Assembly (NCBI GenBank): GCA_963755125.1
Contig: CAVWIP010000017.1
Location: 160,001-224,000 of the forward strand
Direction: 5' to 3'
From: an uncultured delta proteobacterium
Lineage (GTDB): Bacteria > Myxococcota_A > Polyangia > Fen-1088
Length of the DNA stretch: 64,000 bases
Shown: positions 38,186 to 48,086 of the stretch, in pieces
How the letters are laid out: the number at the start of each line of letters is the position of its first letter
How positions within the stretch are numbered: the first letter of the stretch is position 1
Program-made: the position numbers and the translations under genes
Notes under the pieces: generated by a model
What the model was told of the DNA's origin: nothing
Database searches by the model: none
What the model saw: only the letters and a program-made list of their open reading frames with translations

Positions 38186-38802
38186 AAGGCCAAGACATGG
38201 GCCGGTTGCAGAAAGGCCTGGGACGCGTGGTTCCCGCCGCGGTTCTCACCGCAGAGGCAGAAGCCGCACAGATCCGCGCGCGGGCCGAGGAGGAGGCCGT
38301 TGCTCTGCGGTCCGAGGCACAGGCCACGCGGGCGCAGGCCGAGCGCGCCGGCTTCGAGGCTGGCAAGCAGGAGGGATTGGCGCAGGTGAGCGCGCTGCTG
38401 CTGGCGGCGCGGGCGCAGGCCGAACACGACCTCCACAGCGCCAAAGACGCGGCCATCGTGCTGGCCCGGCGCATGGCCGAGCGAATCGTGGGCCGCGCCG
38501 TCGAGCTTTCGCCCGAGTTGATGGGCGAGATCGTGGCAGAGGCTCTGGCCGCGAGTCGCGTGCGGACCGGCAGGATCGTCCTGCGCGTGCATCCCGAGGA
38601 TCTGGCTGCCATCGAGCACGAGCGGCCGCGCTGGCTTGCGCGCGTGGCAGCCAGGGTTGACGTGCGCGTGGTGGCCGACCCGGCGATCGGCCGTCATGGT
38701 TGCGTGGTGGAAACTGCGCTCGGTCGTCTGGACGCGCGCCTGGACACGCAACTGGACGCCCTGGAACGGGCCTTGCGGGGTGCCACCGGCGCTTCCACCT
38801 GA
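38179..38802 (+). CDS. sctL: FliH/SctL T3SS stator protein
   Basis: AxxxG repeats, 'LRVHPEDL', 'GCVVET..G.LDARLDTQL'. Confidence 0.85.
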   Translation: MVEGQDMGRLQKGLGRVVPAAVLTAEAEAAQIRARAEEEAVALRSEAQATRAQAERAGFEAGKQEGLAQVSALLLAARAQAEHDLHSAKDAAIVLARRMAERIVGRAVELSPELMGEIVAEALAASRVRTGRIVLRVHPEDLAAIEHERPRWLARVAARVDVRVVADPAIGRHGCVVETALGRLDARLDTQLDALERALRGATGAST

Positions 38803-38809
38803 GGCAAGC

Positions 38810-40165
38810 ATGGCTGGAGCTGACATCGAACCCGCGCTGGTCGAGTTGAGCGACGCCCTCAAGGCGCTGGATCAGGTCAACCCGCGGCGGCTGGCAGGTC
38901 GGGTGACGGAGGTGACCGGCCTGGTGGTGCGCGCCACCATTCCCGGTGTGCGCGTGGGCGAGTTGGTCTACATCGATCGCGACGCGATGTCTGGGCCGGG
39001 CGGGGCGGAACATCCGCGCCTGCAGGCGGAGGTGGTCGGCTTTCGCGGCGAGGAGGTCGTGCTCGTGCCGCTGGGGGAGGTGGCGGGTATCGGCCCGGAC
39101 GCCGTGGTGAGTCCGACTGGAAAACCGCTTGGCCTGCGGGTGGGCGATGGGCTTCTGGGGCGCGTGCTCGATGGTCTGGGCGACCCCGCGGACGGGGAGG
39201 GCCCCATCACAGGCCCAACCGAGGAATGGGCGGTGGACCGGCCCGCGCCCGACCCGCTCACGCGCCGGCGTGTGAGCAAGCCGCTTGCCCTCGGGGTGCG
39301 TGCCATCGACGGCTTTCTCACCGTGGGCGAGGGTCAACGCGTGGGACTCTTCTCCGGGTCGGGGGTCGGCAAGTCGATACTGCTCGGCCAGATCGCGCGC
39401 CAGACCGAGGCTGACGTCAATGTGATCGCTCTGGTGGGCGAGCGCGGTCGTGAGGTGACTGAGTTCATCGAGGACTCGCTGGGACCCGAGGGGCGAGCCC
39501 GCTCGGTGGTGATCTGCGCGACGAGTGACGCGCCCAGCCTGGTGCGGCTCAAGTCGGCGTTCGTGGCCACCGCGGTGGCCGAGTGGTTTCGCGACCGGGA
39601 CCAGCGCGTGCTCTTGATGATGGATTCACTCACCCGTTTTGCCCGCGCGCAACGCGAGGTGGGCCTGGCCGCGGGCGAGCCGCCGGCCCGACAAGGGTTT
39701 CCCCCCAGCGTGTTCGCCCTGCTGCCGCGTCTGCTCGAGCGCACGGGCAATTCGCAGATCGGATCCATCACCGCACTCTATACCGTGCTGGTGTCGGGCG
39801 GCGACATGGAGGAGCCCATCGCCGACGAGGTTCGTGGCATTCTCGACGGGCACATCGTGCTTTCGCGCGAGCTGTGCGACCGCAATCACTGGCCGGCCAT
39901 CGACGTGCTGCCGTCGCTCTCGCGGGTGATGAACGCGGTGGTGGATGAAAGGCACCGTGAAGCCGCCGGGCGCGTCCGTGAGTTGATGGCAGTCTACGAG
40001 CAGAAGCGAGATCTTATAGTGCTCGGCGCCTACCGACGTGGCAGCGACGCGCGCACCGACGAGGCCATCGCGGCGATGGAAGCCATCAACACATTCTTGC
40101 GCCAGGGAACGCACGAAAACACGTCCTTCGAAGAGACCCGCAAACGGCTACTGGCGCTGGTGTAG
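38810..40165 (+). CDS. sctN: FliI/SctN T3SS ATPase
   Basis: 'GSGVGKS', 'GERGREV', 'DSLTRFARAQRE', 'ILDGHIVLSR'. Confidence 0.93.
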   Translation: MAGADIEPALVELSDALKALDQVNPRRLAGRVTEVTGLVVRATIPGVRVGELVYIDRDAMSGPGGAEHPRLQAEVVGFRGEEVVLVPLGEVAGIGPDAVVSPTGKPLGLRVGDGLLGRVLDGLGDPADGEGPITGPTEEWAVDRPAPDPLTRRRVSKPLALGVRAIDGFLTVGEGQRVGLFSGSGVGKSILLGQIARQTEADVNVIALVGERGREVTEFIEDSLGPEGRARSVVICATSDAPSLVRLKSAFVATAVAEWFRDRDQRVLLMMDSLTRFARAQREVGLAAGEPPARQGFPPSVFALLPRLLERTGNSQIGSITALYTVLVSGGDMEEPIADEVRGILDGHIVLSRELCDRNHWPAIDVLPSLSRVMNAVVDERHREAAGRVRELMAVYEQKRDLIVLGAYRRGSDARTDEAIAAMEAINTFLRQGTHENTSFEETRKRLLALV

Positions 40166-40191
40166 AAACCAAGTTGTCTGAGGAGAAACGC

Positions 40192-40536
40192 ATGAGCGAC
40201 TGCCTGTTCTGCAAGATTTGCGAAGGCCAGATCCCCGCGGCCATCACCTTTCGCGACGAGGAGGTGGTGGCCTTCAAGGACATCAACCCCAAGGCGCCTT
40301 TTCATCAACTCGTGATCCCGATTCGCCACGTGTCCAGTTTGGCCACGGCCGACGCGAAGGACGCGGCCTTGCTGGGCAAGTTGATGCTACTGGGGGCGCG
40401 CCTGGCGCGCGAGTCAGGCCAGGCCGACGGCGGGTTCCGGGTGGTGATGAACGCAGGGGCTGACGCGGGACAAACGGTGTTGCACGTGCACTTGCACGTT
40501 CTAGCTGGGCGGGTGCTCGGCTGGCCACCAGGGTAG
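40192..40536 (+). CDS. hinT: HIT-family nucleotide-binding protein
   Basis: 'CLFCKI', 'GQTVLHVHLHVLAGR.LGWPPG'. Confidence 0.95.
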   Translation: MSDCLFCKICEGQIPAAITFRDEEVVAFKDINPKAPFHQLVIPIRHVSSLATADAKDAALLGKLMLLGARLARESGQADGGFRVVMNAGADAGQTVLHVHLHVLAGRVLGWPPG

Positions 40537-40540
40537 GGGC

Positions 40541-41506
40541 CTACATCCTGATGTCAACCAGGGTCTTCCTGCGCAGTTCGCCGAGAAAGTTCTTGGTCTG
40601 CCGCTCCATCTCGCGCTGGCGCAACTGACCGCGGATCTGGTCGCGCACCTCGGCCAGCGGTTTCGGATCCTGCGCGCGGCGGCCCAGCAGCTTGATGACG
40701 TGAAAACCGCGATCGGCGCGCACCGGCCCGCGCACCTCGTCGACCTTCATGGAGAAGACCATCTCTTCCATGGGCTTGGGCAGGATGTCCTTGCCAAACC
40801 AGCCGAGATCGCCTCCTTCGGCTCGGGTGGCGGGATCCTCGGAATACTCGCGCGCCAGCTTGGCGAAGTCCTCGCCCGACTGGGCCCGCAGCGCGAGCAG
40901 TTGCGCCTGCTTTTCCTTGTCCTGCGCGGTGGCCGTGTCGGCACCTTCGGGGATGGCCAGAAAGATGTGGCTGGCGCGCACCTGCAGGTTGGCTGACTGC
41001 ATGTGGCGGTCGTAGTAGCTCTGCACGTCGGCGTCGCTCACGCTGATCTTGGAGCCCACCGCGATGTTGATGATCCGATACTTCAGGATCTCGCGTCTTG
41101 TATTCTGGCGGTAAGTGGCGAGGCTCATGCCCTGTTTGCGCAGTTCCTCGCGCAGTTGCGTGTCGTCGAGGCCGTAGTCCTTCTTGATCTGTTCGATGGA
41201 CTTGTCGACCTCCTCGCTGCCGACCGAAACCTTGAGCTCGGCAGCTTCCTGCACCAGGAGCTGCTCGTCGACCATGCGTTCGAGGATCTGACGGCGCAAA
41301 GCCGATGCGCGCGCCGCCCGCTGACCGGGATTGGAGATGGCGGCGATGTCGGCCATCATCGGCGCGGCCCGGTCCTCGACTTCGCTTTGCAAAATGATGT
41401 CGTTGCCCACCACGGCAACAATTTTCTCAACCACGCGCGCCTGGCCCACTGAGGGCAGCAACAGGAGCAGGCAAGCAAGGCAGAGGCACAGTCGGGTCAT
41501 GGGCAT
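40541..41506 (-). CDS. surA: SurA-like chaperone/PPIase
   Basis: 'VEKIVAVVGNDIILQSE', 'ASHI', 'FAKLAREYSED...GGDLGW'. Confidence 0.85.
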   Translation of the reverse strand: MPMTRLCLCLACLLLLLPSVGQARVVEKIVAVVGNDIILQSEVEDRAAPMMADIAAISNPGQRAARASALRRQILERMVDEQLLVQEAAELKVSVGSEEVDKSIEQIKKDYGLDDTQLREELRKQGMSLATYRQNTRREILKYRIINIAVGSKISVSDADVQSYYDRHMQSANLQVRASHIFLAIPEGADTATAQDKEKQAQLLALRAQSGEDFAKLAREYSEDPATRAEGGDLGWFGKDILPKPMEEMVFSMKVDEVRGPVRADRGFHVIKLLGRRAQDPKPLAEVRDQIRGQLRQREMERQTKNFLGELRRKTLVDIRM

Positions 41507-41517
41507 GAACTAGGTTC

Positions 41518-42486
41518 CTAGGGTTTGGGTGTGGACGCCTGCGTCGGCGCGGAAGACGGGACGGGCGAGTTGGCTACGGGCTGGCCGGCGTCCGCGGGCG
41601 GGGCCACGGTGATCTTCGCCAGCTCACTTTCGTCGATTTCCACGCGGATCGACTTGCGCGCTTCTTCCACCAACTCGCGCTTTTGCTGCGCGCGCGCCTG
41701 TTCCAGAAGTCGCTTCTGGATGTCGACCTTCACTTCAGCGAGAGGTCGCATCACCTCGGACCGGCGGTCGGTCAACTTGAGGATGTGGAAGCCTTTGTCA
41801 GACGAGATTGGCCCCACGATGTCGTTGACCTGAGTGAGAGCGAAGGCGGCGTCGACCAGAGCCTTGGGCTCGCGCATGGTGTTGCGGTCGAAGAAAGTCA
41901 GATCGCCACCCCGTGGTTTGGAATCCGGGTCTTCCGAATAGCGCTCCACCAGGTCGCGGAATGACTTCGCGTCGTTGCGCCCGGTCTTGGCCTCGGCGGC
42001 GATCCGGCGCGCGGCGGCTGCGTCGTGCACGAGGATCTGGCTGACGCGCACCTCCTCGGGCCGGAGGAATTCAGATTGGTGCTCGCGGTAGTATTTTTCG
42101 ACGTCCGCCGGCGCAATGTCCTCGGCCCGCAGCTTGTCGTTGATCTCTCGCTTCTCGAACAGCGCCACCATCTGCTTCTTGGCGATGCGCTGCACGTCGG
42201 GGTCGCGATCATAGCCTCGCCGCAGCGCCTCGCGCGCCATCAGTTCGTAGCGGATAAGACCGTCGAGGAGTTCCTTCTTCTTTTCCGGCGTGGAGTAGCG
42301 CGCGAGCACGAAGGGCATGTGAGAATAGCGGGCCAGGACTTCTTGCAGATCAGTGGCCGTGATCTCGGTGTCGTCCACCCGGGCTAGAACCGGGCCCGAA
42401 TGGCCTGCGGCCTTGCCCTCGTGGCCGGGGTTGGGCTTGCAAGCGCCGAGGACTAAGGCCGCAAGGCAGAGAAGACAACGACGCAT
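41518..42486 (-). CDS. Parvulin-type PPIase lipoprotein
   Basis: Lipobox LGAC, 'YSEDPDSKPRGGDL', 'GFHILKL'. Confidence 0.85.
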   Translation of the reverse strand: MRRCLLCLAALVLGACKPNPGHEGKAAGHSGPVLARVDDTEITATDLQEVLARYSHMPFVLARYSTPEKKKELLDGLIRYELMAREALRRGYDRDPDVQRIAKKQMVALFEKREINDKLRAEDIAPADVEKYYREHQSEFLRPEEVRVSQILVHDAAAARRIAAEAKTGRNDAKSFRDLVERYSEDPDSKPRGGDLTFFDRNTMREPKALVDAAFALTQVNDIVGPISSDKGFHILKLTDRRSEVMRPLAEVKVDIQKRLLEQARAQQKRELVEEARKSIRVEIDESELAKITVAPPADAGQPVANSPVPSSAPTQASTPKP

Positions 42487-42524
42487 GTTGTTTGCATGGC
42501 ACAGGTGCGGGCTTCCCGCAACAC

Positions 42525-45500
42525 CTACGCCGTCACGCACGCGACCACTTCCTGCAGCCGCCTGCGTGCGGCGGCCAAATGGTCGTGCTTCTCTTGGTCG
42601 TCGAAGGCGTACGACAGCCTCATGTCAGGTGAGAGTTTCCAGCGGCCACGCTGTACCAGCCGCATGACCTTGGCCGGATCCAAGCGGGCATCTGCGTCCG
42701 CGAACAGCACCAGCCGGCCCGCGGTCAGCTCGTAGGCGCGCGCGCCGGTTTTGCGCACCAGGGTCTTGTCGCTCATGACCTCGCCCAGCAGGCGGGCTTC
42801 GTCGGGCAGCGGGCCATAGCGGTCTTCCAGTTCGGCCAGCGTCTCGCGCACGTCGCTGTCGTCGCGAGCCTGGGCCAGACGCCGGTAGAAGTCGAGACGT
42901 TGGCCGGTGTCGGGAATGTAGTCGTCGGGCAAGAAGGCCGGCACATCGACCGCGATCTCGGGGTCGAACTCGCTGCGGATGGGCTGTCCGCGCAGCTCGG
43001 CCACGGCCTCTTCCAGGATGCGCGCGTAGCTGTCGAAGCCGACCGCCGCGACTAGGCCGGACTGGCGATCGCCCAGGATCTCGCCTGCGCCGCGGATCTC
43101 GAGGTCGTGCGTCGCCACCTGAAATCCAGCGCCCAGCTCGGTAAAGCGCTGCAACACCTCGATCCGCTGGCGCGCCTGGGCCGAAAGCACGGTTTCCGAG
43201 GCAATCACCAGGTAGCAAAAGGCGCGTGCCTTGGCGCGACCGATGCGCCCGCGCAACTGATAGAGCTGGGCCAGGCCGTAGCGGTCGGCGTGGTTGACGA
43301 TTATGGTGTTGGCGCGCGGGATGTCGAGGCCCGACTCGATGATGGTCGTGCAGCACAGGATGTCGTAGCGCCCGTCGACAAAGTCGATCATGACCCGTTC
43401 CAGCTTGGCCTCGGGCATCTGGCCATGGGCCATGCCCACGCGCGCCCCGGGCGCCAGGGCGGCGACCTCGCGCGTCCACTTGGGCAGATCCTCGACTCGG
43501 TTGTGCACGAAGAACACCTGGCCTCCTCGCGCCAGTTCCTTGGCAATCGCTTCGCGCAAAAGGTCGGGATCATAGCCGCACACGAAGGTGCGAATGGCCA
43601 GCCGGTCAGCGGGCGGGGTGGCGATGATGGAGATTTCGCGCAGACCGGTCATGGCCATCTGCAAAGTGCGCGGAATGGGCGTGGCGGTCAGGGTGAGCAC
43701 GTCCACCTGCGAGCGCATCTCCTTGAGGCGCTCCTTGTGAGTCACGCCGAAGCGCTGCTCCTCGTCGATGATGAGCAAGCCCAGGTCGTGAAAGTGCACG
43801 TCGCGCGATAGCAGGCGGTGGGTGCCGATGACGATGTCGAGCTTCCCCGAGGCCAGCGCGGCGATGGTGTCGCGCTGTTCACGCTTGCTGCGAAAGCGCG
43901 ACAGCGACGCCACCCGCGCCGGGAAGTCCCGCAGTCGCTCGGCGAAGGTCACGGCGTGCTGCTCGACCAGGACCGTGGTGGGGGCCAGCAGCGCGACCTG
44001 GCGGCCACCCAGCGCGGCCAGCAGCGAAGCGCGCAGGGCCACCTCGGTCTTGCCGTAGCCCACGTCGCCGCACACCAGGCGATCCATGGGCGCCTCGTTC
44101 TGCATATCGGCCAGCACCGCCGCGATGGCCTTGTCCTGGTCAGCGGTCTCCTCGAACGGGAAGGTCTCCTCGAATTCGCGGAAGATGACGTCAGGGGGAG
44201 GAAAAGCGTGGCCGGGCAGCGCCTGTCGCTGGGCGTAGAGTTGCAGCAAACCTTCGGCCAGCTTGCGCGCTTGCACGGAAACCCGGCGTCGTTTCTCCAC
44301 CCAGGTGGCGCCGCCCAACTTGTCGAGCTGCACGGTTTCCGGCGTGCCGCCCACGAACCTGTGCACGACACCGATGCGGTAGACCGGCACATAGAGCCCA
44401 CCGCCGTCGTATTCCAGGTGGAGAAAATCCTGGGCCACTCCCCGCAGTGTGAGTTTCTTCAGGCCCCGGTAGCGGCCCACGCCCTGCTCGTCGTGGACCA
44501 CCAAATCCCCTTCGGCGATCTCGGCCAGATCCTCGAACCCTGCCACGCTCGCCGTGGGAGCCGCTCGGTGTACCCGCGAGCCGAAGATCTCCTCTTCGGC
44601 GATCAGCGCCAGGCGATCATCGGGCAGCCGGAATCCGTGCGTGAGTGGCCCGACCAGGATCTCCAGCGAGGGGCGGGCAACGCCCTGGGTGAGCAGGCCT
44701 TGTGCGCCCCCTTCGCTGTGGTCGCGCACGATTTCCGGCTGCAGGCCGAAGGTCTGCACGACCCCAGCCAGCCGATCCGCGTGGGCGCGGGTGGAAGCCA
44801 CCAGGCACACTCGATAGCCCCCAGCGTGCCACCGTCGGATGCGTTCGCACAGGGCGTGGCCCAGGTCTTCGTCGCCACGTTGCTGGAGCAACTCGGCGCG
44901 CAGGCTGGTGTTGGGCTCTGCTGTCAGGCGGATGCGCGCGTCGGACGGGCCGCCATCGTCGCTGGTCGGCGTCATCTCGACGGTACGCAGTTCCAGGCTC
45001 GGCCAGACGGCGAGAGCGAGGCGCGCCTGTTGTTCGTCGAGCAGAAACTCCTCCGCATCGAGGGCGAGCCGATGCTCGGCCCGGCGGTGCGCCGCGCTTT
45101 CGCGCAGGCGGGAGAAACTGCGGCGCGCTTCTTCCAGCAGGGCTGCCGGATCCTCGACCACCACGCGGGTCTGGGACGGGAGGTAGTCGAAAAACGAGCC
45201 GAGACGGGCGTGGAAGATGGGAGCCAAGGCTTCGCTGCCGAAGAAATCCTCACCTCGTTCGATCTGTTCCAGCAGGGTGCGGGTCTTGCTTGACGGGTAG
45301 GCGGCCTGGTCGGCTGCGGCCAGCAAGCGCGCTCGCACGTCGGCACCTGCGGTGACCACGGTCTCCCGCACCGGGTGGAGCGCCACGCGGTCGACGGATC
45401 GCAAGCTCCGCTGGGTGGCGGCGTCGTACAGGCGGATTGACTCTACCTCGTCGCCGAAGAGATCGATGCGTATCGGGTGCTTGTAGATAGGGGGAAAGAC

Positions 45501-46091
45501 GTCGATGACGGCCCCGCGCACCGCGAAGGTTCCTGGATCCTCGACGATCTGAGCATGGCCGTACCCGGCCCGGCACAGGTCGTTGACCAAGATCTCCCGG
45601 TCAAGGGTAGAGTGGGCTTCGACCATCCGGCAGAGATCGGCGAAGTCATGCGGGGGAATCACGCGGCGAAACGCGGCCGCAGCAGACGCCACCACCACGG
45701 CCGGCGCGTGGCCGTGACCCAGGCGATAGAGCAGAGCCAGCCGCCGCATGACCGTGCGCCGGTCGGGCTGCATCTCGGCGTGGGGCGAGACTTCGGGCGC
45801 GGGCATTTCCAGTGCGGGTGAAGGTGCCAGCGGATCTTCTGTGGACTTTCGCGGCGCCAGGAAGAACGACAGGTCCGCACGGCGCGTCTCGACCAGATCC
45901 TCGCCAGCAACCAAGTAGAGCAGGGGACCACGGTCTTTGACGTTACGCGCCAGATGGGCGGCGATGGCCGGGCCCAAGGTGCCCGCGGCGCCATAGACCT
46001 CCACCGCGGTCCCAGCTCCCGCGTTTTCCAGGCGGGCCTCGATGTCACGCAATACGAGTCTGGTATCCACTGAGATGGCAGTGCTAGTCAT
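42525..46091 (-). CDS. mfd: Transcription-repair coupling factor
   Basis: 'CGDVGYGKTEVA', 'DEEQRFGV', 'TATPIPRTL', 'QLRGRIGR', TRCF C-terminus. Confidence 0.97.
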   Translation of the reverse strand: MTSTAISVDTRLVLRDIEARLENAGAGTAVEVYGAAGTLGPAIAAHLARNVKDRGPLLYLVAGEDLVETRRADLSFFLAPRKSTEDPLAPSPALEMPAPEVSPHAEMQPDRRTVMRRLALLYRLGHGHAPAVVVASAAAAFRRVIPPHDFADLCRMVEAHSTLDREILVNDLCRAGYGHAQIVEDPGTFAVRGAVIDVFPPIYKHPIRIDLFGDEVESIRLYDAATQRSLRSVDRVALHPVRETVVTAGADVRARLLAAADQAAYPSSKTRTLLEQIERGEDFFGSEALAPIFHARLGSFFDYLPSQTRVVVEDPAALLEEARRSFSRLRESAAHRRAEHRLALDAEEFLLDEQQARLALAVWPSLELRTVEMTPTSDDGGPSDARIRLTAEPNTSLRAELLQQRGDEDLGHALCERIRRWHAGGYRVCLVASTRAHADRLAGVVQTFGLQPEIVRDHSEGGAQGLLTQGVARPSLEILVGPLTHGFRLPDDRLALIAEEEIFGSRVHRAAPTASVAGFEDLAEIAEGDLVVHDEQGVGRYRGLKKLTLRGVAQDFLHLEYDGGGLYVPVYRIGVVHRFVGGTPETVQLDKLGGATWVEKRRRVSVQARKLAEGLLQLYAQRQALPGHAFPPPDVIFREFEETFPFEETADQDKAIAAVLADMQNEAPMDRLVCGDVGYGKTEVALRASLLAALGGRQVALLAPTTVLVEQHAVTFAERLRDFPARVASLSRFRSKREQRDTIAALASGKLDIVIGTHRLLSRDVHFHDLGLLIIDEEQRFGVTHKERLKEMRSQVDVLTLTATPIPRTLQMAMTGLREISIIATPPADRLAIRTFVCGYDPDLLREAIAKELARGGQVFFVHNRVEDLPKWTREVAALAPGARVGMAHGQMPEAKLERVMIDFVDGRYDILCCTTIIESGLDIPRANTIIVNHADRYGLAQLYQLRGRIGRAKARAFCYLVIASETVLSAQARQRIEVLQRFTELGAGFQVATHDLEIRGAGEILGDRQSGLVAAVGFDSYARILEEAVAELRGQPIRSEFDPEIAVDVPAFLPDDYIPDTGQRLDFYRRLAQARDDSDVRETLAELEDRYGPLPDEARLLGEVMSDKTLVRKTGARAYELTAGRLVLFADADARLDPAKVMRLVQRGRWKLSPDMRLSYAFDDQEKHDHLAAARRRLQEVVACVTA

Positions 46092-46220
46092 ACCCTATCT
46101 GTGGCTGGCCGGGCAGGAGCCGCTCCGTCCCGACGTCGAATCCTGCGTCGGGAGCAGACTCGCCGTTGACCACAGGGGGTTGCGCGGGATAAGGTGCCAT
46201 CCAATCAAGGAGGAGCGCAC

Positions 46221-46619
46221 ATGAAACGCGTCTTGGGGCTGTCGTTGGCCGTTCTGGTTATGGCATTCCTGGCGGCCTGCGATGAGACCAAACTCCGCAT
46301 TGACCGGGTCGAGCCTGCCGAGGGCATCACAGCCGGCGGCGACCACATCAACATACTTGGGGCAGGGCTTCAGCCAGGCAAGACACAGGTGCGTGTCTCA
46401 TTCGGCGGTCATGTGGCCGAGCAGGTCGTCATCTCATCCAAGGACAAGATCAACCTCGTCACCCCCAGCGGCGACAAGGGGCCGGTCGACGTGATCCTGG
46501 ACTTCGACGACGGACAGCGCTTCAAGATCCCGGGTGGCTTCCGCTACGTCGAGCCGAAGCAGAACGATGACCTGCGCAAGGCCTTCTTCAACAAGGGCAA
46601 GCCCGCTGACAAGAAGTAG
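46221..46619 (+). CDS. IPT/TIG-domain lipoprotein
   Basis: RBS AGGAGG, lipobox LAAC, 'P..G...GG..I.I.G..', 'TP.G..GPVDV'. Confidence 0.8.
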   Translation: MKRVLGLSLAVLVMAFLAACDETKLRIDRVEPAEGITAGGDHINILGAGLQPGKTQVRVSFGGHVAEQVVISSKDKINLVTPSGDKGPVDVILDFDDGQRFKIPGGFRYVEPKQNDDLRKAFFNKGKPADKK

Positions 46620-46649
46620 GGGCAACCTGCGGTCGGCCCTGCGCCCGAA

Positions 46650-48014
46650 CTACTGATAGGCCACGCGGAAGAGCTGCTGCCCCATAAGAAGCAGACTCCC
46701 GGTTGGCACGGCTCGCACGTCGCGGATCCGCAGGAACGTGCCGTTCGATGAGCCCATGTCGCTCAGGCACACTCGGCCTTCGCGCAGCACGATCTGGGCG
46801 TGGGTGCCCGAGACATAGCCATCCTCGGGAAAGAGGATGTCGCCGCGCTCGCGGCCGAGCACAATCGTCTCATCGAAGATCGGGAATGCCGGGCCATCCA
46901 CGTCCCGGCCCACGATGACGGACAGGCGGCCCCAGTAGCCTGGGTTGGGCGTGCCGATGATTTCGGTTCCATCCTCCAGTGGCGAAGGTGGGCTGATGAC
47001 ATCGAAGCGAAGCAGTTCCTGACCGATGCGGAAGGTGTCGCCCGATTCCAGCGGTTCTTCCTGCGTGAGCTTCACGAACACGCCGTTCAGGCTGCGCAGG
47101 TCACGAACTTCGAGCCCCCCCTCGCTGAGAACGAAATCGGCGTGGCGAGGCGACAGGTAAGGGTCGGCGTCGAAGAGATGGCCCTGGCCTCGTCCGATCA
47201 GGTTTTCACCCTGTTGCAGGGGGTGGCTGCCTCCCTCGGCCCCGTCAGGACGGATGAGCGTCAACTGGCCGCGAACCTTGACCTTGACGGGCTCCGGGGC
47301 CAGTGCCGCTGCTTGCTGTACCGCTTCCGCGACCACGGCGCCCACGGCTGCTTTCATGCGATGGCCGCAGGATCCGCAGAATGTGAAGCCAGCAGACACG
47401 CTCTGGCCACAGCGTGGACATACGACCGGCCCAGGGGCTGCGGCAGGGACGGGAGCGGTCGTCGCGGGGGGATACGCGGCTTGAACCGCGATGGGGGCCG
47501 GCGGAGCGGGAACCGGGACTACTGAGCTTGGCTGCGCGGCTGGGTTGGCGGGAGCTTGTGCCGAGACGGCCGAAGCCCGAAACCCTGCGCCGGGTGCTGG
47601 CGCAGCAGGGCTCGCACTGGCTACCGGCGCGCCACCTGGGCGCCACGCGGTTGGCGCGGAGGCGAGCCTTGCTTCCGCGGCAGCGTCCTGTGGGGCCGTC
47701 ACAACTCGCGGCCGGGGCGCGTCTTGCGCAGGGGCAGGTGCCGGTACAACCGGGGAAGGGGCCGGAGCGGGCGCTTGGACACGCACCACCGGAATGGCCA
47801 CGGGGGCAGGGGGCTCAGCCACGGCCGCCGCGGGCGGCGGGGGTGAGGAGGTCCTTGCCACGACCGGACCGGCTGGCGCCTGCGCGGCCGGAGGCGCCTT
47901 GGGGGCTTCCACCGGAACGGGAGCGGGAACTGCCGTTTGCAGTTTCAAGCCGCAGCCGAGGCAGTACTTGAACTGGTCCTGGTTTTCCTTGCCACAGCGA
48001 GAACAGATGATCAC
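46650..48014 (-). CDS. Zinc-ribbon + Pro/Ala linker + double FHA-domain protein
   Basis: Two CxxC..CxxC units; two 'GR...S..H...S.NG.F' FHA motifs. Confidence 0.88.
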   Translation of the reverse strand: MIICSRCGKENQDQFKYCLGCGLKLQTAVPAPVPVEAPKAPPAAQAPAGPVVARTSSPPPPAAAVAEPPAPVAIPVVRVQAPAPAPSPVVPAPAPAQDAPRPRVVTAPQDAAAEARLASAPTAWRPGGAPVASASPAAPAPGAGFRASAVSAQAPANPAAQPSSVVPVPAPPAPIAVQAAYPPATTAPVPAAAPGPVVCPRCGQSVSAGFTFCGSCGHRMKAAVGAVVAEAVQQAAALAPEPVKVKVRGQLTLIRPDGAEGGSHPLQQGENLIGRGQGHLFDADPYLSPRHADFVLSEGGLEVRDLRSLNGVFVKLTQEEPLESGDTFRIGQELLRFDVISPPSPLEDGTEIIGTPNPGYWGRLSVIVGRDVDGPAFPIFDETIVLGRERGDILFPEDGYVSGTHAQIVLREGRVCLSDMGSSNGTFLRIRDVRAVPTGSLLLMGQQLFRVAYQ

Positions 48015-48086
48015 GAGCTATCCTCCGCGCAATTCATAAAGAAGAACATTAACTTCAAGCTCTCTCGTAGTTGCACCGCGTTGTGG

